From assembly GCA_903911145.1 (NCBI GenBank), contig CAIWCD010000007.1:1-64000 (forward strand): 64,000 nucleotides of DNA. The letters run 5' to 3'. Source of the DNA: an uncultured delta proteobacterium. GTDB lineage: Bacteria; Myxococcota; Myxococcia; Myxococcales; 40CM-4-68-19. Positions 58,388 through 64,000 of this stretch are shown here, one piece after another; positions within the stretch are counted from its first letter, which is position 1, and every line of letters begins with the position of its first letter. A program made the position numbers and the translations under genes. Below the pieces are notes generated by a model. That model did not search any database. It saw only the letters and a program-made list of their open reading frames with translations, and was not told the origin of the DNA.

Positions 58388-59716
58388 CTAGCTGCCGTCG
58401 TATCGCTTGCGCTTGCGCCAGAGCGTCGAGACATCGACGCCGAGAACCTTCGCCGCCTCCTCGAGCGTTGATGAGCGCGCGAGCACGCTGAGGATGTGCT
58501 CGCGCTCGACCGAGTCGATCGAGAAGTCGCCGCCGAGCACGGGCTTGGTCGCTCCCGTCGGCACCATGCGCTCAGGCAGCGCCTCCGGCCCCAACCGCTC
58601 ACCCGGCGAGAGGATCACTGCGCGCTCGAGCGTGTTGCGCAGCTCGCGCACATTTCCCGGCCACGCGTATGCGGTGAGAATCTCCTCCGCCTCGCGCGTC
58701 AACTCCGGCACACCTCGCTTCGCCGCGCGGGAAAACTGCGCGAGCAGGCGGTGGGCGAGCGGGACGATCTCACTCTTGCGATCGCGCAGCGGCGGCACCG
58801 CGACCGCGACGACGTCGAGACGAAAGAGCAGATCCTCGCGAAAGCGGCCCGCCTTCACATCGGCGTGGAGATCGCGATTGGTCGCGGCGACGATGCGCAC
58901 GTCGGCAGTGCGGGTCTGCGCGTCGCCGATGCGCTCGAACTGTTTGTCCTGCAGGAAGCGAAGCAGCTTCGCCTGCAGCGCGAGCGGCAGCTCGCCGATC
59001 TCGTCGAGGAAGAGCGTGCCTCCCTGCGCCTGCTCGACACGCCCCGGCTTGTCGCGCAGCGCGCCCGTGAACGAGCCGCGCGCATGGCCGAACAGTTCGC
59101 TCGCGAGCAGCTCCTCGGAGAGCGTCGGGCAGCTCACCTGAGCGAACGGCTTTCCGCGCCGCGGACTCTTCTCGTGCAGCAGGCGCGCGAGCATCGTCTT
59201 GCCCGTGCCGCTCTCTCCCGTCAGGAGAACGGGAGCGTCGTGCGGCGCGGCCCGCTCGATGATCTCGACGGCGGCACGCATCGGCGGACTCGCATGCGAG
59301 AGATCGATCTCCGGTAGCGCATCGCGCGTCTCGCCCGCGCCAGGAGCGGCTCCGCGCGTGCGTCGCTCTTCCACGCGATCGAGCACCTGGCGGATCTGCG
59401 CGGGGGTGAACGGTTTGGGAAGATAGTCGCGCGCGCCGAGTTTGATCGCCTCGACGGCAGTCTCGATTGTCGCGTACGCGGTGATCACGATCACGTCGAG
59501 GCCGGGCCGCACAGCGAGCAGCTTCGGCAGCAGCGCGAGTCCGTCTTCGGTGCCCAGGCGGAGATCGAGAAACGCCAGGTCGCACGCGCTGCGCGCGAGC
59601 TGCTCCAGCGCCAGCGCGCCGTTCGCCGCCTCGCTCACTTCGCAGTGAAGTCCTTCAAGGCAGAGCACCAGCGCGCGCCGGATGTTCTTCTCGTCATCAA
59701 TCACCAGCGCCCGCAT
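58388..59716 (-). CDS. Sigma54-dependent response regulator (NtrC/AlgB-like)
   Basis: Receiver domain, 'GESGTGK', 'SELFGH.RGSFTGA', 'LFLDEIGE', 'WPGNVREL', C-terminal HTH 'STLWRKRK'. Confidence 0.93.
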   Translation of the reverse strand: MRALVIDDEKNIRRALVLCLEGLHCEVSEAANGALALEQLARSACDLAFLDLRLGTEDGLALLPKLLAVRPGLDVIVITAYATIETAVEAIKLGARDYLPKPFTPAQIRQVLDRVEERRTRGAAPGAGETRDALPEIDLSHASPPMRAAVEIIERAAPHDAPVLLTGESGTGKTMLARLLHEKSPRRGKPFAQVSCPTLSEELLASELFGHARGSFTGALRDKPGRVEQAQGGTLFLDEIGELPLALQAKLLRFLQDKQFERIGDAQTRTADVRIVAATNRDLHADVKAGRFREDLLFRLDVVAVAVPPLRDRKSEIVPLAHRLLAQFSRAAKRGVPELTREAEEILTAYAWPGNVRELRNTLERAVILSPGERLGPEALPERMVPTGATKPVLGGDFSIDSVEREHILSVLARSSTLEEAAKVLGVDVSTLWRKRKRYDGS

Positions 59717-59809
59717 TTCGTCTCCTCACAGGCCGACAACTGAAACGACGAACGGTGCGCTCCCGCGTTGATCACGCGAAGGGCGCACCGCTCGTGGACC
59801 ACGACGTTC

Positions 59810-61531
59810 CTACTTCTTCGCGGGGGGCGTCTCTCCCTTGCCCGCGTCGCTCTTGCCCACGTCGCCCTTCGCCGCGCCGCCCTTGACTGCAGCGTCCTTC
59901 GCCGCGTCGGTCTTCGGCGCCGCGACCTGCGCTGCGTCCGCCTTTGCTGCATCAGGCTTCACCGCATCGCTCTTCGCGGCAGCAGCAGGCGAACCCATCG
60001 CGCCCTTGACGACGAGCGTACCGAGCTTCATCGCGTTGAGCTTCTCCTCGCTCGCCGCGCGCGGCCCGACGATCACGATCGACCATGCGTCCGGCCGGTC
60101 ATACTTCGCCGCGACGCGCGCCACCTCGGCCGCATCGACCTTCGCCACTGCGGCCGGCAGCGTCCGGTAGTAGTCGAGCGGCTGGCCGTTGAACGCGAGC
60201 GAGGCCATCGAAGCTGCGACCGCGTCGTTCGTCTCCAGCGTCGACGGCAGCGAGCGCACGAGCGCCTCCTTCGCGTTCGCGAGCTCGCCATCCTTCAGCG
60301 CACCGGTCGCAAATCCCGCCAACTCCTTCTCGAACTCGGTGAGCGCCTCGGCCGTCACGTTGGCCTTGATGCCACCCGCCGCCAGCCACGTCCCGTGCTC
60401 GCGCATCAGACTCGCGCTCGCGCGCACGCCGTAGCTGTAGCCCTTGTTCTCGCGGATGTTCATGTCGAGGCGCGCGAACGGTCCACCGAGGATGTAGCTC
60501 GCGATCCGCAAGGGAATCGCATCGGGATCCTTCGCGGCGACGGCGTGCCCGAACGTCCAGACCTGGCTCTGCGATGCACCCGGCTTGTCGACGAGCACGA
60601 AGCTGCGCGTCTTCTGTTCGGGCAGCTTCGGCAGCCTCACGGCGATGCGCGGCTGCTTCTTCCACGACGCGAATTTCTCCTCGATGAGCTTGCCGATCTC
60701 GGCGTCCGTCACGTCTCCCGAGACGGAGAGAATCGCGTTGCTCGGCCGGAAGTAGCTCGCGTGGAACTGCACGAGATCCTTCTGCGTGATCGCCTTGAGC
60801 GTCTCGGGCGTGCCGCCCGCGGGCTGTCCCCACGGGTGCTTGTCGCCGTAGAGAATCCGCGACATCTCATCGCGCGCGAGTGCATTCGGACTCGCGAGCT
60901 TCTGCGCCTGCTCGGTCGAGAGAAGACCGCGCACGCGCTCGACGTCGTCCTTGTTGAACGCCGGATTCACCACCATGTCCGCGAACAACTCGAGCGCCTC
61001 GGGCAGCGTCTCCTTCAGGCAGTTCAGGTGGACGCGCATCGTCTCCTGTCCCGCGAACGAATTGATGTGCGCGGCGAGATCTTCGATCTTCTCCGCCTGC
61101 TGCGTGGCGGACACCTTCTTCGTGCCTTCGTCGAGCATGTTGGCGACGAAATTGGCGATGCCCGCTTTCCCCGCAGGCTCACCGTCCGTGCCGGTCTCAA
61201 TCAACAGATCGACCGAGACGAGCGGCACCGCGTGGTTCTCGACGACGAGCAGGCGCGCGCCGTTCTTGAGCATGCGCGACGACGGCACCGGAGCCGTGAA
61301 CGTCGCCGCGCCGGCGGCAGGCGCGGGCTTGGCAGCGCGGAACTCCGCGTCAGGTGTGGTCGGAGGAGGGGGCGGTGGCGGCGGTGGCGCGGGAGGAGCC
61401 GGCGGCAGCGGCTTCGCGGGCGCCGCGGCGATCTGCTGCGCGGGCGGATTCGGCTTGCGCTCTTCGCCGACGATGCAGCCCGAAAGAGTGAGAGCCGCGA
61501 GGGACAGGATCTGATTTCGCGAGATGGTCAT
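59810..61531 (-). CDS. M16B-family peptidase-like lipoprotein (no HxxEH motif)
   Basis: Lipobox LSGC, Pro-rich linker, 'LKNG..L', 'MLDEGT', 'RL..NIRE.KGYSYG'; low-complexity K/A/D tail. Confidence 0.88.
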   Translation of the reverse strand: MTISRNQILSLAALTLSGCIVGEERKPNPPAQQIAAAPAKPLPPAPPAPPPPPPPPPTTPDAEFRAAKPAPAAGAATFTAPVPSSRMLKNGARLLVVENHAVPLVSVDLLIETGTDGEPAGKAGIANFVANMLDEGTKKVSATQQAEKIEDLAAHINSFAGQETMRVHLNCLKETLPEALELFADMVVNPAFNKDDVERVRGLLSTEQAQKLASPNALARDEMSRILYGDKHPWGQPAGGTPETLKAITQKDLVQFHASYFRPSNAILSVSGDVTDAEIGKLIEEKFASWKKQPRIAVRLPKLPEQKTRSFVLVDKPGASQSQVWTFGHAVAAKDPDAIPLRIASYILGGPFARLDMNIRENKGYSYGVRASASLMREHGTWLAAGGIKANVTAEALTEFEKELAGFATGALKDGELANAKEALVRSLPSTLETNDAVAASMASLAFNGQPLDYYRTLPAAVAKVDAAEVARVAAKYDRPDAWSIVIVGPRAASEEKLNAMKLGTLVVKGAMGSPAAAAKSDAVKPDAAKADAAQVAAPKTDAAKDAAVKGGAAKGDVGKSDAGKGETPPAKK

Positions 61532-61546
61532 GGCTTTCCTCGTCCT

Positions 61547-62917
61547 CTACTTCGCGCTCGCCTGGGGCGTCTTCGCCGCAGGCACGATGGAGAGCTCGAG
61601 CCGCTTGTCGTCGAGCAGATACTTGTTGGCAAACGCCTTGACCGCGTCCGGTGTGACGGCGCGATAGCGGGCGAGATCGCGCGGCAGATAGCCGGGATCG
61701 CCGAGATAGGTTTCGTACTCGTTGAGGATGTCGGCCTTGCCGCCGAATCCGCCGAGCAGCTCGACCGCGCGGACCTTCTGCGCGATGAACTTGCGCTGCG
61801 CACGCGCGACCTCGGCCGCGCTGGGCGCCTCTTTCTTGATGCGATCGATCTCGGCCTGGATGAGCGGCTTGAGCTCCGCGAGTTCGTGGCCCGCGTTCAC
61901 CGTCGCGCTGATCTCGAGGTATCCGCCGAGGCCGAGCGCGTCGTCGCCAGCGTCGACTTCGCTCGCAACTTTCTTGTCAAAAACAAGTGTTTTGTACAAC
62001 CGAGAGGTCTTGCCGCCGCCGAGGATCTCGCTGAGCACATCGCCCGCGGCCTCATCGTCGGAGAACTGCTTCACGCCGTTCCACACGAGGGAGAAACGCG
62101 GCACTTCGGCCACCTTGTCCTCGACGTTCTCGACGACAACCTTGTCGAGCTTCGGCTGCGCCACGTCGGGACGCGCCGGCATCTTGTCGTTGACGATCGG
62201 CCCGAAGTACTTCTCGATCAGCGCCTTCGCGGCCGCCGGATCGAAGTCGCCGACGATCGCGAGCGACGCGTTCTGCGGCCCGTACCAGGAGCGGAAGAAG
62301 CCCTTGAGGTCGTCGATGCTCGCCGCCTGGATCTCGGGGATGCTGCCGATCACGCACTCGTAATACGGGTGCGGCGACGGGTAGAGCACGTCGCAGAGCT
62401 TGAGTTGGCCGACGCCGTACGGCCGGTTCTCGTAGCTCTGGCGCCGCTCATTCGAAACGACATCGCGCTGCACCGACAGCTTCTTCGCGTCGAGGGTGTC
62501 GAGGAGGAACGCCATCCGATCGCTCTCGATCCAGAGAGCAGTGCCCAACTCGGGCGCGGAGACGACCTCGAAATAGTTGGTGCGATCGAAGCTCGTCGTC
62601 CCGTTTGCCATCGCGCCCGGGATGGTGCCGATCGACTGCAGAACGTTGAACGGCGCAGGCTGCACGTGCTTGCTGCCCGAGAACATCATGTGCTCGAACA
62701 GGTGCGCAAAGCCGCTCTTGCCGGGCGTCTGGTTGGCCGCGCCGACGTGGTACCAGATGTTGACCGCGACCTGCGGGAGCCGGTGGTCCTCGCTGAGAAT
62801 GACGGTGAGGCCATTCTGGAGTTTGTACTTCTCGAACTTGATCTCGGGGTCCGACGCACGCGCAGGAAGCGCGAGCGAAAGTGCGGCAACGGCCGCAAGG
62901 GAAACGAGGCGATTCAA
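61547..62917 (-). CDS. M16B-family zinc peptidase (catalytic subunit)
   Basis: 'L.NGLTVIL', 'WYHVG', 'GFAHLFEHMMF', 'NGTTSFDRTNY', 'ESDRM'; TTG start after GGAGG. Confidence 0.92.
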   Translation of the reverse strand: MNRLVSLAAVAALSLALPARASDPEIKFEKYKLQNGLTVILSEDHRLPQVAVNIWYHVGAANQTPGKSGFAHLFEHMMFSGSKHVQPAPFNVLQSIGTIPGAMANGTTSFDRTNYFEVVSAPELGTALWIESDRMAFLLDTLDAKKLSVQRDVVSNERRQSYENRPYGVGQLKLCDVLYPSPHPYYECVIGSIPEIQAASIDDLKGFFRSWYGPQNASLAIVGDFDPAAAKALIEKYFGPIVNDKMPARPDVAQPKLDKVVVENVEDKVAEVPRFSLVWNGVKQFSDDEAAGDVLSEILGGGKTSRLYKTLVFDKKVASEVDAGDDALGLGGYLEISATVNAGHELAELKPLIQAEIDRIKKEAPSAAEVARAQRKFIAQKVRAVELLGGFGGKADILNEYETYLGDPGYLPRDLARYRAVTPDAVKAFANKYLLDDKRLELSIVPAAKTPQASAK

Positions 62918-62967
62918 AGGGGCCTCCATCGATGCTGTGCGGGTGGATAGGACGAGGCGGCGCGCTA

Positions 62968-63417
62968 TCACGGGGAAAGCGGTGCGGCAAGCCGGCTATT
63001 GCTGTAGGCGGGGTCGGTCGTGACCTCCTGCCCAAGCCAGTCGGGCCTATCGAACGGTTCGTCTTCGGAGGCGAGTTCGATCTCCGCCATCCAGAATTCT
63101 CCTCGAGGGAGATCGAGAAATTGATCGAGTTCCCAGCGGCCGATTCGATAACGAAGTTTCGATAACGACGATTTGCAGAGCGCGAAGAGCGTGGGTCCGT
63201 CCTCGAGGGGAATTGGATATTCCAGCTCGGTGCGCGACATCAGGCCCGGCCCTTTGATCGTCAGTCGCAGCGAGCGGACACCGTCGGGATCAGTCGTCTC
63301 GCGCACCCGCACCGACGGCTTCGAGGAGAGATAGCCTTGTCGCAACGCGAACGGCGCGGGCAGCACAGGCAGCCGCTCACGCAGCACGAGAAATTTCCGC
63401 TCGATCTCGATCGCCAT
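62968..63417 (-). CDS. CYTH-domain protein
   Basis: 'EIERKFL', 'QGYL', 'VRVR', 'LTIKG', 'E.EY', 'K.RY', 'AEIEL', 'EVT.DP.Y.N'. Confidence 0.92.
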   Translation of the reverse strand: MAIEIERKFLVLRERLPVLPAPFALRQGYLSSKPSVRVRETTDPDGVRSLRLTIKGPGLMSRTELEYPIPLEDGPTLFALCKSSLSKLRYRIGRWELDQFLDLPRGEFWMAEIELASEDEPFDRPDWLGQEVTTDPAYSNSRLAAPLSP

Positions 63418-63427
63418 TGGTTGCTTT

Positions 63428-64000
63428 CTACAACTGATGCTTCGCGACGAACGCTCGCAGATCCTTGAGCTCGTCATCGCAGATCTCGTGGCCCATCGAG
63501 TAGGTGTGCCAGTCGACCGAGCAGCCGCTCTCCTCGAGCGTTGCGCGCGTGGTCTGCCCGTAGACGATGGGGAGGATCTCGTCGCGCGTGCCGTGTGCTG
63601 CGAAGATCGGCAGGCGCGCGAGCGTTTCGCGGGGAGCCCGCTGCGCGAGCGGAATCATCGGCGGGACGGCCGACAGCGAGATCACCGCGCGCGCGAGGTC
63701 GGGTCGCAGCAGCGCAAGCGAGAGCGCCACGCCGCCTCCCTGCGAGAAGCCGAGCAGGATCGGCGCCCGCCCATCCCGCTTCGCAATCGCCGCGACCGCC
63801 TCCGTCGCTGTCGTCACCGCTTCGGCGACGTCATCGGGATTGAAGTCGATGCCCTCTCCGCGCGGCACCAGCGGATACCAGGCATATCCGCCCCACGGCA
63901 GTGGCAGCGGCGCGCGGATCCCGACGCAGGCGAGGCGCGGATCGATCGCCGCACCGAGCGAGATCAGATCGTCTTCACTCGCGCCGTACCCGTGGAGCAT
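63428..64000 (-). CDS. Phospholipase/carboxylesterase (5'-truncated by window edge)
   Basis: 'LHGYG', 'GFSQG', 'HGTRD', 'MGHE'. Confidence 0.9.
   Translation of the reverse strand: MLHGYGASEDDLISLGAAIDPRLACVGIRAPLPLPWGGYAWYPLVPRGEGIDFNPDDVAEAVTTATEAVAAIAKRDGRAPILLGFSQGGGVALSLALLRPDLARAVISLSAVPPMIPLAQRAPRETLARLPIFAAHGTRDEILPIVYGQTTRATLEESGCSVDWHTYSMGHEICDDELKDLRAFVAKHQL

Noticed and set aside
59768..62950. 1060-aa ORF on the plus strand
   Set aside because: Antisense shadow of the two M16 peptidase genes.

Overview
High-GC bacterial chromosomal segment with about 50 genes. Gene content (RpoH-box sigma factor, DGG-repeat lipoproteins, paired ArsA-like ATPases, sigma54-linked kdp operon, PrkA/DUF444/SpoVR) suggests a Myxococcota-like deltaproteobacterium; this is inference. 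No rRNA, tRNA, CRISPR array, integrase or transposase was recognised. In order, the main blocks are: 5'-nucleotidase; an oxidative-stress cluster (rubrerythrin, Fe-S oxidoreductase, DUF3501, Fur/PerR-family regulator, large fused GltD/NfnA-like flavoprotein); U32 protein; MazEF-like toxin-antitoxin pair; ino1-TolC-MlaC; a 10-repeat Ig-like lipoprotein; vWA/GATase and DUF4159; sigma factor; DEAD helicase; prkA-DUF444-spoVR; mltG; ABC-F; ArsA pair; kdpFABC with a split KdpD and a KinB/AlgB-like sigma54 two-component system; M16 peptidase pair. The most unusual feature is non-coding. The ~600-bp spacer at 10265-10862 holds two diverged, oppositely oriented copies of a ~240-nt element, each closed by its own 33-34-bp terminal stem and showing compensatory base changes in internal hairpins. 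They sit symmetrically around a 22-bp palindrome, and a near-identical copy of that palindrome is embedded, using rare codons, inside kdpB 44 kb away.
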